64,000 bases of DNA from Chthonomonas calidirosea (GTDB lineage Bacteria > Armatimonadota > Chthonomonadetes > Chthonomonadales > CAJBBX01), in the NCBI GenBank assembly GCA_020722705.1, contig DYKI01000002.1, positions 41,968-105,967 on the forward strand. Direction: 5' to 3'. Made by a program: the position numbers and the translations under genes. The notes under the pieces are model-generated. The model was not told where the DNA came from. It searched no databases and worked only from the letters and a program-made list of their open reading frames with translations. Positions 51,176 through 59,780 of this stretch are shown in pieces. Each line of letters starts with the position of its first letter. Position 1 is the stretch's first letter.

Positions 51176-51946
51176 ATGTCATACCGACAGCAACACCGAG
51201 GGTTCACACTGATCGAGCTGCTCGTCGTGATCGCCATCATCGCGATCCTGGCGGCCATCCTGTTCCCCGTGTTCGCACAGGCACGCGAAAAGGCCCGAAG
51301 CGCTGCCTGCCTATCGAACGCCAAACAGCTTGCGCTTGCCACCTTGATGTATGTACAGGACTACGACGAGCTGTTTCCCCAGAGCGTCTACAGCATGGAC
51401 AATGTGATTCTGATCCCAGGATCCAACGATCGTGTGTTCACCGTCTACGAAGCGGTTTCGCCTTACATGAAAAACACGGAGATCCTGATCTGCCCGTCCA
51501 ATCGGCCCGGTATCGACTTCGCAGCCATCGTTGCTCCGCTCGGACTGCGCACCAGCGGCCTGTTCCGGTATGCCTCATTCGCGATGAACTTCGCGGTCTT
51601 TCAGGACCCCGCGCTTCCTCCGGGCCTTTTCGCATCGGACCCGGTCGTTGCGCTGGCCGGCCTGACCGAGCCGGTCAACACCACGCTCTTCTACGACTCC
51701 AAGTACACTCCATTCGGGGGCGCTCCCGCCTACCCCGAGTGCGCACCGCCGACCGAGGCATTCGGCTGGACCAACTTCGCTGCCGACGCGCGACACAGCG
51801 AAGGCTTCAACGTCAACTTCGCCGACGGCCACAGCAAGCACACTCCGCGCCGCGGCAGCATACCCGGAGTCTCCACGGGAGGCGTTCCGACCTACACGCT
51901 TCCGTGCGACCTATCGGGCATTCCCGGCGGAACTCCCGACACGTAG
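51176..51946 (+). CDS. Prepilin-type N-terminal cleavage/methylation domain protein, H-X9-DG (DUF1559) family, paralog 2
   Basis: 256 aa. [25 protein letters not shown] and [18 protein letters not shown] lies 6 nt before the ATG. Confidence 0.85.
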   Translation: MSYRQQHRGFTLIELLVVIAIIAILAAILFPVFAQAREKARSAACLSNAKQLALATLMYVQDYDELFPQSVYSMDNVILIPGSNDRVFTVYEAVSPYMKNTEILICPSNRPGIDFAAIVAPLGLRTSGLFRYASFAMNFAVFQDPALPPGLFASDPVVALAGLTEPVNTTLFYDSKYTPFGGAPAYPECAPPTEAFGWTNFAADARHSEGFNVNFADGHSKHTPRRGSIPGVSTGGVPTYTLPCDLSGIPGGTPDT

Positions 51947-51956
51947 TCACACTTCA

Positions 51957-51981
51957 CGGGGCCGGCCATGCGTCGGCCCCG
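51957..51981 (+). terminator. Hairpin terminator candidate after paralog 2 (between convergent genes)
   Basis: CGGGGCCG-N9-CGGCCCCG followed by GTTGGCCTTTATT. Confidence 0.5.
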
Positions 51982-51989
51982 GTTGGCCT

Positions 51990-52934
51990 TTATTGCGCCT
52001 GACCGATGCCGTCAAACAGGGCTCGGACACGCTTTGCGCTCAGCGACATGGCACGCTGCGCGTCCATTGTCCGTGGAGTGCCCTCCTCTACGGCCTGCTC
52101 GAGCACAACATGTGGTCTGATGCGCGCGCGCTTCAGCTCCTTTGCGAGCCGGACGTAGTCGAGATCACCGTCTCCGAACACTTCCGACCACACACCGCCC
52201 GACGATTGGCGCACATGCACCTCAACGATGCGCGATCCATAGAGACGCGCAATGTCGAACAGCGCAATCTGTGAGTTCCCCGAGCCCCGGTAGATCCAGT
52301 GGGCGTCGAGGCAGAGCCTTACGTATCTGGGATCCGTGCCGGCAAGCATGTGGTGCAGTTCTCTGGCAGCTTGGCGCAGCTCGATGTCGTGGTTATGGTA
52401 GGCAAGCGTGACCCCCTGTTCGAGAAGCGCTTTCCCAAGCCGGTTGAGTGCCTGTGCCTGGATCTCCAGCTCTGCGTCGCTCTTGTCCTGCGTCCCACCC
52501 CACTCTATAGGATTCGGGTTGGTCACAATGATGCGCGTTCCGAACCTCCGCGCCCGATCGGCAATGGCCAGAACGCGCCCGACGCTCTTCTCGACTTCGT
52601 CCTGTCGGTGAAGAGTCGTGTTGACGTAGGCCGATCGCATCGCCAAACCCGCCGCCTTAAGCGCTCCGCCAACCCGGTCCGCATCTTCGGGCGACTCCAG
52701 AATGGGTTCGAGGCCGTCGTAGCCCGCGGCCTTCAGAGCGGCCAGATCAGCGGCTTGGTCCATACGAAATGTGCGCCCCTCACGTGCACAGTACACCTGC
52801 CACGAGTAGGCGTTGGACGCCACGTGAACTCCGCCGGCGCCCAATGCACAGGCCTCGACGCAAGCAAGCGTTGTCGCGAGCGCACCGATACCGATAGCCA
52901 AAGTCCGTGCTCCTTCCGCCATCGTGGATATCAT
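51990..52934 (-). CDS. Sugar phosphate isomerase/epimerase (xylose isomerase-like TIM barrel), probably exported
   Basis: Hydrophobic N-terminus ARTLAIGIGALATTLAC, then AP-endonuclease-2/XylI-like TIM-barrel sequence (LAYHNHDIEL, LCLDAHW, VHVRQ). ATG 52934 follows GGAGGA. The track ORF starts at 52967. Confidence 0.7.
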   Translation of the reverse strand: MISTMAEGARTLAIGIGALATTLACVEACALGAGGVHVASNAYSWQVYCAREGRTFRMDQAADLAALKAAGYDGLEPILESPEDADRVGGALKAAGLAMRSAYVNTTLHRQDEVEKSVGRVLAIADRARRFGTRIIVTNPNPIEWGGTQDKSDAELEIQAQALNRLGKALLEQGVTLAYHNHDIELRQAARELHHMLAGTDPRYVRLCLDAHWIYRGSGNSQIALFDIARLYGSRIVEVHVRQSSGGVWSEVFGDGDLDYVRLAKELKRARIRPHVVLEQAVEEGTPRTMDAQRAMSLSAKRVRALFDGIGQAQ

Positions 52935-53092
52935 TTGCCGACCATTCCTCCGTGACTGCCCCTCCACTCCGCAATGGCTTCTTTCATTATCGCATGCACC
53001 CGATCGGCCTGCGCCGGTTGACGCGACGAGATGGGCAGAGTATCATGCGGATAGAAGACCAAGCCCGAACCATCCCCACGCGGAGGACCAAT

Positions 53093-54757
53093 ATGCTGCC
53101 CGGCCACGGCTTCATCGGCGATCTGTACGGACCTGTCAGAGGACGCAATCGCCGGGTATCGAGCAACGAACAACCGAACTGGAACGACGGCAACATGGAC
53201 ATGACCTGGCTTCAGCCTGGCGACGTCCTCGAGTTGCCGTTGCTCGAAGGTCCAGGCATCATCCGCCACATCTGGATGACCAGCCACGCGGGCGGCGTGG
53301 GCGAGCTTGACACGCTGAGTCTGCGCATGTACTGGGACGGAAGCGAGACGCCGTCGGTGGCCGTTCCGCTCGGCATGTTCTTTGCGGTGGGACAGGGCAC
53401 ACCGGCAGTCGTCGAAAGCTGGCCTGTTCAGGTGTCGCCGACCGGCAGTCTGACGTGTTACTGGCCCATGCCCTTCCATCGCTCAGCACGCATCACGGTG
53501 ACGAACGACAACCCGAACCGCGGCGCAGGCCTGTACTGGCAGGTGGATTGGGAGCAGACGCCGGACCTCGCCGAGGATGCGATGCTCTTTCATGCCGGCT
53601 ACCGGCAGGCCTACCCGGCGCCCTCGGGTTCGGACTATGTCGTTGCAGACCTCACAGGCACGGGCAGGTACGTCGGAACGGTCCTTGCCGTCACACTGGC
53701 TCAGGACGGCTGGTTCGGCGAAGGCGACGATTTCTTCTTCGTTGACGGTGAGAAGGTGCCGAGCCTGCAGGGAACCGGCACCGAGGACTACTTCAACGAT
53801 GCGTGGGGCTTCAGACCCAGAACGGGCATCTGGTTCGGCCAACCGAGATGGGAAGGCGGCTCTGCGGGCGACGCCGGAGTGTGCTACCGATGGCATATTC
53901 CGGATCCGATCACGTTCACTCGCTCCCTTCGTGTCTGCCTGGAGCACAAGGGCAACCTGCCGCGATCGGAAGACGGTTTCTACGTCGAGCGGCCCGACTT
54001 CCTGAGCAGCGTCGCCTACTGGTACCAGCATGGCACGAACGGCGCCGAAGGCACCCGCCTGCCAGGCTGGCCCGAGCGCGGCGTTCCCTGGATCGAAGTG
54101 CCCCTGCTCGAAGCGTTCCAGGCCATCAGGACGGCCGGAAACATCAGACCTGCCATCACACTAGAGGGCATGTTCGGTGGCCGGCCAATGCTCCTCTGGC
54201 CCAACAATGAGCCGGACGCCGCAATGACCATTCCGTTCGCCGTGCCGGAAACTCGGCGGTACGCCCTGCGGCTGCGCGCACAATCGGGCCCCGATTGCGG
54301 CTCATTCCATGTCGAGATTGATGGCTCGCCGGTCGCAGCGGACCTGAACCTTCGCAGTCCGGAGCCTGAAGAACGTAACGTCGCCCTGGCTGCGCTCGTC
54401 CTTGAGGCCGGGATGCACATGCTCTCGTTTGCCGCCCGTGACTGCCCCGTCGGCGCGCTTCGCGTCGAGCGGCTGCGGCTCCTCAGCCTTCCGCCGGAGG
54501 CTTCGCGGCCCATTCGAGGACGCAATGAGGCGCACTTCATCAGGCTCGGCGTGGGTCGTGCCGTGTACGCCCATCGCCTCGCCTACGGTGTTTTGCCGAA
54601 TACGCTGGACGAGCTGGTCGAAAAGGGAATCATGGACCCGAGATACCTTGATGATGAGAATGGCATCCGCCTGAAGGCCTGGCGTGAAGACGACCGGTTT
54701 GTCGTCGAGGCGCCGGAGTGGACGCATGGCTGGAAGGGGCTCGATGCGCGCCGCTGA
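53093..54757 (+). CDS. DUF2961 / glycoside hydrolase family 172-like protein
   Basis: GPGIIRHIWMT, LRMYWDGSETPSV, GTGRYVG, and DGWFGEGDDFFFVDGE...LQGTGTEDYFNDAWGF. ATG 53093 is preceded by GGAGGA at 5-nt spacing. Confidence 0.8.
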   Translation: MLPGHGFIGDLYGPVRGRNRRVSSNEQPNWNDGNMDMTWLQPGDVLELPLLEGPGIIRHIWMTSHAGGVGELDTLSLRMYWDGSETPSVAVPLGMFFAVGQGTPAVVESWPVQVSPTGSLTCYWPMPFHRSARITVTNDNPNRGAGLYWQVDWEQTPDLAEDAMLFHAGYRQAYPAPSGSDYVVADLTGTGRYVGTVLAVTLAQDGWFGEGDDFFFVDGEKVPSLQGTGTEDYFNDAWGFRPRTGIWFGQPRWEGGSAGDAGVCYRWHIPDPITFTRSLRVCLEHKGNLPRSEDGFYVERPDFLSSVAYWYQHGTNGAEGTRLPGWPERGVPWIEVPLLEAFQAIRTAGNIRPAITLEGMFGGRPMLLWPNNEPDAAMTIPFAVPETRRYALRLRAQSGPDCGSFHVEIDGSPVAADLNLRSPEPEERNVALAALVLEAGMHMLSFAARDCPVGALRVERLRLLSLPPEASRPIRGRNEAHFIRLGVGRAVYAHRLAYGVLPNTLDELVEKGIMDPRYLDDENGIRLKAWREDDRFVVEAPEWTHGWKGLDARR

Positions 54758-54797
54758 GAAGACAACTGCCGAGGCAGGCGGCAAGAGGACCCGGTAG

Positions 54798-56798
54798 GTG
54801 GACACGATCGGCGCCGGCGATTCCACGGTAAGCGACGGGAGCGCAGAGCGCAGGGCGATTGGGCGCACGCTGCAGGCCATTGCCATGCGCATGCGCGACT
54901 CGGACGTTTACCAGATCATCGCAGCCGGGCTGCGCGACCTTCTGCACGCCTCTACGGTCGCGGTCGGCCTCACGCCGGACCCCGGCGGTCCCATGGACTT
55001 CGTTGCCGTCGCCGGCGCTGACCCTCGTGAGATAGTGGGGCTGCGCGTTGCGGCCGACGATACGCTGTCGGTGACTGCCCTGCGCGTTGGCCGCCCCGCC
55101 GTGTTCGAACCGGACCCTCATTCTCCGATGCGCAGCGGTGCGATCTGCCCGATTGTCAGCGTGTCCGGCGTCAGGGGAGCCATCTATGCCGTTGACAAAG
55201 AGGGCGGCATCCAGTTCAGCGATGAAGACCTCGCCGTCATGTCCGTCTTTGCGCAGGCAGCCGGCCTCGTGGTTGAGTGTGCTCAGGCTCGTCGGGAACT
55301 CACCGAAAAGCAGCGCGAACTCGCCGTGCTCTACGAGACCACACGAACAGTCACGTCGAGTCTCAACATCCAAGCAGTCCTCGATTCCGTTCTGGATGCC
55401 ATATGCCACCACATCCCCGTCCAGGCCGCCGTCGTGTATCTGCTGAATGATGAACGCACCCACCTCTTCATCGCCGCCGACCGCGGTCTCACCGATGACG
55501 AGCGCGAGGTGCAGTTGGCAGCCGACACCGGGATCGCTGCTCGTGTCCTCAACGACGGCGAGGCAGTGCTTCTGACGGACAGCGATACCGCCGGCGACGG
55601 CGACATACTGGCCGCCGACCATCGTCAACGCTCAGCCATGGTCGCCCCAATACGAAGCGCCTCGGGCACGATGGGCCTGTTGACGGTTGGCAGCGCCGCG
55701 CCGGGGGCGTACGGGCAGGACGAACTGCGGCTTCTCACCACCGTCGCCGCACAGGCCGGCATTGCCATGGATAACGCGTCCCTGTTTGAGGACGCGACCA
55801 GGCGCGCCGAAGCGGCCAGCGCTCTCTACAGCATTTCCCAGCGGATCGGCTCCACACTCGACATCGCGGAGGCGCTTGACTACGTCGCCGACAACTCCGT
55901 CGCCTTGCTTCAAGTGGACAAGTTCGCCGCCATGCTCATGGACCATCGTGATGGTCTCCTCCGACCGCAGGCCATGCGGGGCCTCGACCAAACCTCGTTC
56001 GCTCGGATCACCCCAAGGTCAGGCGAAGGCATTGCTGGTTGGGTCTACGCGTGGACCGCGCCAACGGCTGTCGCCGATGTGGCTGCCGACGCGCGCGACA
56101 AGCTTTGCCCGATCCATCAGGAAGGCATTGCCTCATGCATGTGCGTACCCATGGCTTCCGGAGACAACATCCTCGGTGTGCTTCTGGCCATGTCGTCACG
56201 GCGTCGCCTCTTCACTGTGGCAGAACTGGAGCTCCTGTACACGATAGCGAATCAGGCTGCAGCCGCCGTGGTCAACGCCCAGACCTACACGCGCGCGCAT
56301 GCGCGGGCTCAGGCGATGCGCCGGTACTTCAGGCGGCTTGCCGCTGCGCTTGGAGCGACCGTGGATCGGGCTCACATCCTCCAGCTCCTCGCCGATGTAG
56401 CCCTGGACGTGATGGAAGCCGACCGCTGCAACGTCTACGGCCTCGATGATCAGACACTCCGCCTTCAGGCTCAGAGCCGCCTAACCGGCACGGGCGCGCC
56501 CGATGCAGAGATCAATGTCGGCACTGGCCTGACCGGCTGGGTCGCCGCTCGGGGACGCGCGTTGGTCGTGCCGACGCTTGCCGACGACCCGCGCACCCGC
56601 GAGCACGCATGGGGTGGCCGCGAAAGCCTCGCTTCGTACCTGGGCCTTCCCCTGAAGGCCGGACGCCGCACAACCGGCGTGCTGGAGCTCATGACACGCG
56701 AGCCACGCGTGTTTGCAGCCGAAGAGGTTCGCCTGCTGACTCAGTTCATTACACGGGCGCGCATTGGTGAGCGCCTTCAGGAGGACAGATCCACATGA
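54798..56798 (+). CDS. Stand-alone multi-GAF (about 4 GAF modules) protein with no recognisable output domain
   Basis: 666 aa from GTG 54798. Four similar modules of about 150 aa are separated by coiled linkers (for example ...LAVMSVFAQAAGLVVECAQ, LRLLTTVAAQAGIAMDNA, ELLYTIANQAAAAVVNA, VRLLTQFITRARIG). The stop overlaps the trxB ATG. Confidence 0.6.
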   Translation: MDTIGAGDSTVSDGSAERRAIGRTLQAIAMRMRDSDVYQIIAAGLRDLLHASTVAVGLTPDPGGPMDFVAVAGADPREIVGLRVAADDTLSVTALRVGRPAVFEPDPHSPMRSGAICPIVSVSGVRGAIYAVDKEGGIQFSDEDLAVMSVFAQAAGLVVECAQARRELTEKQRELAVLYETTRTVTSSLNIQAVLDSVLDAICHHIPVQAAVVYLLNDERTHLFIAADRGLTDDEREVQLAADTGIAARVLNDGEAVLLTDSDTAGDGDILAADHRQRSAMVAPIRSASGTMGLLTVGSAAPGAYGQDELRLLTTVAAQAGIAMDNASLFEDATRRAEAASALYSISQRIGSTLDIAEALDYVADNSVALLQVDKFAAMLMDHRDGLLRPQAMRGLDQTSFARITPRSGEGIAGWVYAWTAPTAVADVAADARDKLCPIHQEGIASCMCVPMASGDNILGVLLAMSSRRRLFTVAELELLYTIANQAAAAVVNAQTYTRAHARAQAMRRYFRRLAAALGATVDRAHILQLLADVALDVMEADRCNVYGLDDQTLRLQAQSRLTGTGAPDAEINVGTGLTGWVAARGRALVVPTLADDPRTREHAWGGRESLASYLGLPLKAGRRTTGVLELMTREPRVFAAEEVRLLTQFITRARIGERLQEDRST

Positions 56799-57808
56799 CC
56801 CAAGCCCACTCCACCCCCCACCGCCGCAGCCTTGTGATCATTGGCAGCGGTCCGGCCGGATATACGGCCGCCCTGTACACAGCTCGCGCTTCGCTGCATC
56901 CTCTGGTCATTGACGGCGGACCGGGTCTGGGCCAGACGATGCAAGGACAGGGCGGACAGTTGACGATCACGTCGGAGGTCGAGAACTATCCCGGCTTTCC
57001 GGAAGGCATCATGGGCCCTGAACTGATGGCACGGATGCGCGAGCAGGTCGCCAGATTCGGCGTTGAGTTTGTCGAGGACCTTGCGACCAGGGTTGATCTG
57101 GCCGAGCGGCCCTTCAAAGTTTGGGTCAGGGATACCGAGTACCAAGCCGATGTGCTGATTCTGGCCATGGGCGCCTCGGCTCGTTGGCTCGGCCTTGATG
57201 CCGAGAAGCCCGTATGGGAGGGTGGACTCGGCGGTGCAGGCGTTTCGGCATGTGCAACGTGCGACGGCCCCATGCCGGTCTTTCGCAACAAGGAGCTTGT
57301 CGTCGTGGGCGGAGGTGACACCGCTGCCGAGGAGGCGCTCTACCTGACCCACTTCGCTTCGCACGTGTATGTCGTTCACCGTCGGGATGCACTGCGCGCT
57401 TCACAGGTCATGCAGAAGCGGCTGCTCAGCCATCCAAAGGTGACGGTCCTGTGGAACAAGGTCGTGGCCGACATCCATGACGTCGCCGAGAAGGTCGTTA
57501 CCGGCGTGACTCTTCGAGACACCGTAACCGGCGAGACAAGTCGGCGGGAGTGTGCCGGCGTATTCATGGCCATCGGACACAAACCGAACAGCGACATCGT
57601 CGCGGGCCAAGTGGAGCTCGATGCCAACGGTTATGTGGTCACCCATAACGAGGTCCGCACCAGCGTCCGGGGTGTCTTCGCTTGCGGCGACCTTCAAGAC
57701 CACGTTTACCGACAAGCCATAACGGCGGCAGGCTCGGGCTGCATGGCTGCCATCCAGGCCGAGAGGATGTTGGCGGCCGAGGCCGGCGGCAGCACGCCGG
57801 AATGGTAG
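56795..57808 (+). CDS. trxB: Thioredoxin-disulfide reductase
   Basis: 337 aa. GSGPAGYTAA, redox-active CATCDG and GGGDTAAEEA motifs. Confidence 0.9.
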   Translation: MTQAHSTPHRRSLVIIGSGPAGYTAALYTARASLHPLVIDGGPGLGQTMQGQGGQLTITSEVENYPGFPEGIMGPELMARMREQVARFGVEFVEDLATRVDLAERPFKVWVRDTEYQADVLILAMGASARWLGLDAEKPVWEGGLGGAGVSACATCDGPMPVFRNKELVVVGGGDTAAEEALYLTHFASHVYVVHRRDALRASQVMQKRLLSHPKVTVLWNKVVADIHDVAEKVVTGVTLRDTVTGETSRRECAGVFMAIGHKPNSDIVAGQVELDANGYVVTHNEVRTSVRGVFACGDLQDHVYRQAITAAGSGCMAAIQAERMLAAEAGGSTPEW

Positions 57809-57814
57809 CAGCCG

Positions 57815-58954
57815 ATGGCTGAGTTCGAAGCCCATCGCAACTCCGCCTTCGTGCCTGCGCGCAGCATCATCGGCCACGACGCCGCTCGACGAGTGCTTTG
57901 GGGCGCGCTCGAACGCAGCGCGCCGGCAGGATCCTACCTCCTCAAAGGTCCCACAGGCGTCGGCAAGACGACAGTCGCTCAGGCCTACGCCCAGGCCGCT
58001 GCGTGTCTCCAGCCGGTTCAACAGCCGTTCGGTGCATGTGAGACGTGCCTGAGCTGCAGGATGGCCATGCGTGGCGAGCATCCCGAAATCGTCACGATCG
58101 CGCCTGCCGGCGACCAGACGCAGATATGGCAGTTCTGGGACCGGCAGGGCAAACCTCCGGGAGCGCTCGAGCATACGCTCCAGTTTTCGCCATCGGTTGG
58201 GGCGAGGCGCGTCTACATCATTGAGCGCGCCGACACGCTGACCGATGCGGCATCGAACAGCTTGCTCAAGGTCCTGGAAGAGCCGCCGTCATATGCCGTG
58301 TTCCTGCTGTTGACGCCGAACGCCGACCGCCTCTTGCCCACGATCCTCTCGCGATGCCAGGCGATCAACATGCTCCCAATGCCTCCATCGGAGCTGAGCG
58401 GGCGTCTGATGCAACGCTATGGCCTATCGAGCGACCGAGCCCGACTCGTCGCGGAAGTTGCGGAGGGCCGGGTCGGAGACGCCTGCCGGATTGCAGCCGA
58501 TGATGCCGCCCTGGACCGCATCACAGAGGCCTTTTCCCTTGCATTGCGGCTGGGAAGCTCAGCGCCTCTCCGCGCACTGCGCCTGTCGGAGGAGATACGC
58601 GCACTCGCGGCCAGGCTTGATGCACCGACATCGAAGTCCGATCCCTCCGCCGACGACGATGAGCGTGCCCAGGGCGGCCGTGGGCGCATAGACAGGCGGC
58701 GAGCAGCAACCGCGATAGACTTGCTCATCTACGCTTACCGCGAACTCACAGCGATAGCCCTGGGAGCCGGCCGGTCCGTAGCCTGGTCCGATACCCCGGG
58801 TGATGCTCTGGCGACCGTCGAGCGTATAGGCGCGAAGCGATGCCTTGCGGCGCTGGACGTGCTCATTTCCGCCCGGCGCCGCCTCGACCAGAATGTCTCG
58901 CCGAACCTGTTGACCGACTGGATCGCCACATCCATTGCGGCCTCGGCTTCGTGA
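57815..58954 (+). CDS. holB: DNA polymerase III delta-prime subunit
   Basis: 379 aa. GPTGVGKTT Walker A, a Zn-module-like C-x2-C, and SNSLLKVLEEPP / SRCQ motifs. Confidence 0.8.
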   Translation: MAEFEAHRNSAFVPARSIIGHDAARRVLWGALERSAPAGSYLLKGPTGVGKTTVAQAYAQAAACLQPVQQPFGACETCLSCRMAMRGEHPEIVTIAPAGDQTQIWQFWDRQGKPPGALEHTLQFSPSVGARRVYIIERADTLTDAASNSLLKVLEEPPSYAVFLLLTPNADRLLPTILSRCQAINMLPMPPSELSGRLMQRYGLSSDRARLVAEVAEGRVGDACRIAADDAALDRITEAFSLALRLGSSAPLRALRLSEEIRALAARLDAPTSKSDPSADDDERAQGGRGRIDRRRAATAIDLLIYAYRELTAIALGAGRSVAWSDTPGDALATVERIGAKRCLAALDVLISARRRLDQNVSPNLLTDWIATSIAASAS

Positions 58955-59020
58955 CCGCAGCGGCTGAACAACCCGCCCACTGAGACGGGACGGCCATGTC
59001 CCCGAAGGAGATGCCTAACC

Positions 59021-59488
59021 ATGCCAGCCATTGAAACGGGCACGCGCGTCAGGATTGTAACGCGCACCGCCACACCGGACGACGCGAAGAGCGGCCTCTA
59101 CTACCCCCACTTCGCGGGGCTGACCGGAACAGTCCAGCATATCTACGATCATGATGAGGTCTCGGTCGAAGTGGAACCAGAGTCGTTGACGGCCGAGATC
59201 CGCGCACGTCACGCGTCTGTCCGCAACCAGATGAAGACGAAATGGCTTGACGGACTGTCCGAAGAAGGCAGGAGCAAGCTGACGGAACGCGAGAAGGACT
59301 TCAGACTCCGCTACGTCATACTTGTCGCCAAGAAGGACCTGGAGGCCATACCCAGGTCAGAGGCCCCATCCCAGCCGGTCCGGTCTGCGACAGGAAACTC
59401 CGACGAAGTCTCGCCACGGCGACCCACCTCGGACGACCTGAGCAAGGCTGAAGAAGAGGAACTGCTCAAGCGCCAGAAGCGAGCGTAG
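59021..59488 (+). CDS. Hypothetical protein
   Basis: 155-aa ORF in an otherwise non-coding gap, with coding-like composition. The N-terminus GTRVRIV...GLTGTVQHIYDHDEVSVEV looks SH3/KOW-like. The family is not recognised. Confidence 0.5.
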   Translation: MPAIETGTRVRIVTRTATPDDAKSGLYYPHFAGLTGTVQHIYDHDEVSVEVEPESLTAEIRARHASVRNQMKTKWLDGLSEEGRSKLTEREKDFRLRYVILVAKKDLEAIPRSEAPSQPVRSATGNSDEVSPRRPTSDDLSKAEEEELLKRQKRA

Positions 59489-59569
59489 AGGGATAAACTG
59501 CCGCCCGACGGGGCCGTTTGGACGCGTTGGCTGGGCGACGATGTCACGCGCCGCAACTCCAGCAAGAAT

Positions 59570-59645
59570 GGTGAGGGCACTGGGACTCGAACCCAGGACA
59601 CCCGCCTTAAAAGGGCGGTGCTCTACCGGCTGAGCTATACCCTCG
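59570..59645 (-). tRNA. tRNA-Lys (anticodon TTT), CCA encoded
   Basis: Reverse complement folds as GAGGGTA-TA-GCTC-AGCCGGTA-GAGC-A-CCGCC-CTTTTAA-GGCGG-GTGTC-CTGGG-TTCGAGT-CCCAG-TGCCCTC-A-CCA. Confidence 0.9.
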
Positions 59646-59656
59646 CTGCCGAGCGT

Positions 59657-59665
59657 ATTGTACCA
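59657..59665 (-). promoter_or_regulatory. Candidate extended -10 promoter (TGgTACAAT) for tRNA-Lys
   Basis: The minus strand reads TGGTACAAT, 11 nt upstream of the mature tRNA 5' end. Confidence 0.45.
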
Positions 59666-59698
59666 TCAACGGATATCCAGCATCCCCCAGATGAGTCA

Positions 59699-59728
59699 TC
59701 CGGCCCCTCAGACAATGGAGGGGCCGGA
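59699..59728 (-). terminator. Hairpin terminator candidate downstream of rpoC
   Basis: Perfect 11-bp stem TCCGGCCCCTC-N8-GAGGGGCCGGA, 52 nt after the rpoC stop. There is no clear U-tract. Confidence 0.5.
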
Positions 59729-59780
59729 CTTCACAAGAGGGGTCTGCGAACCGTGCATCCGGCGGTACAGACCCACGAGA

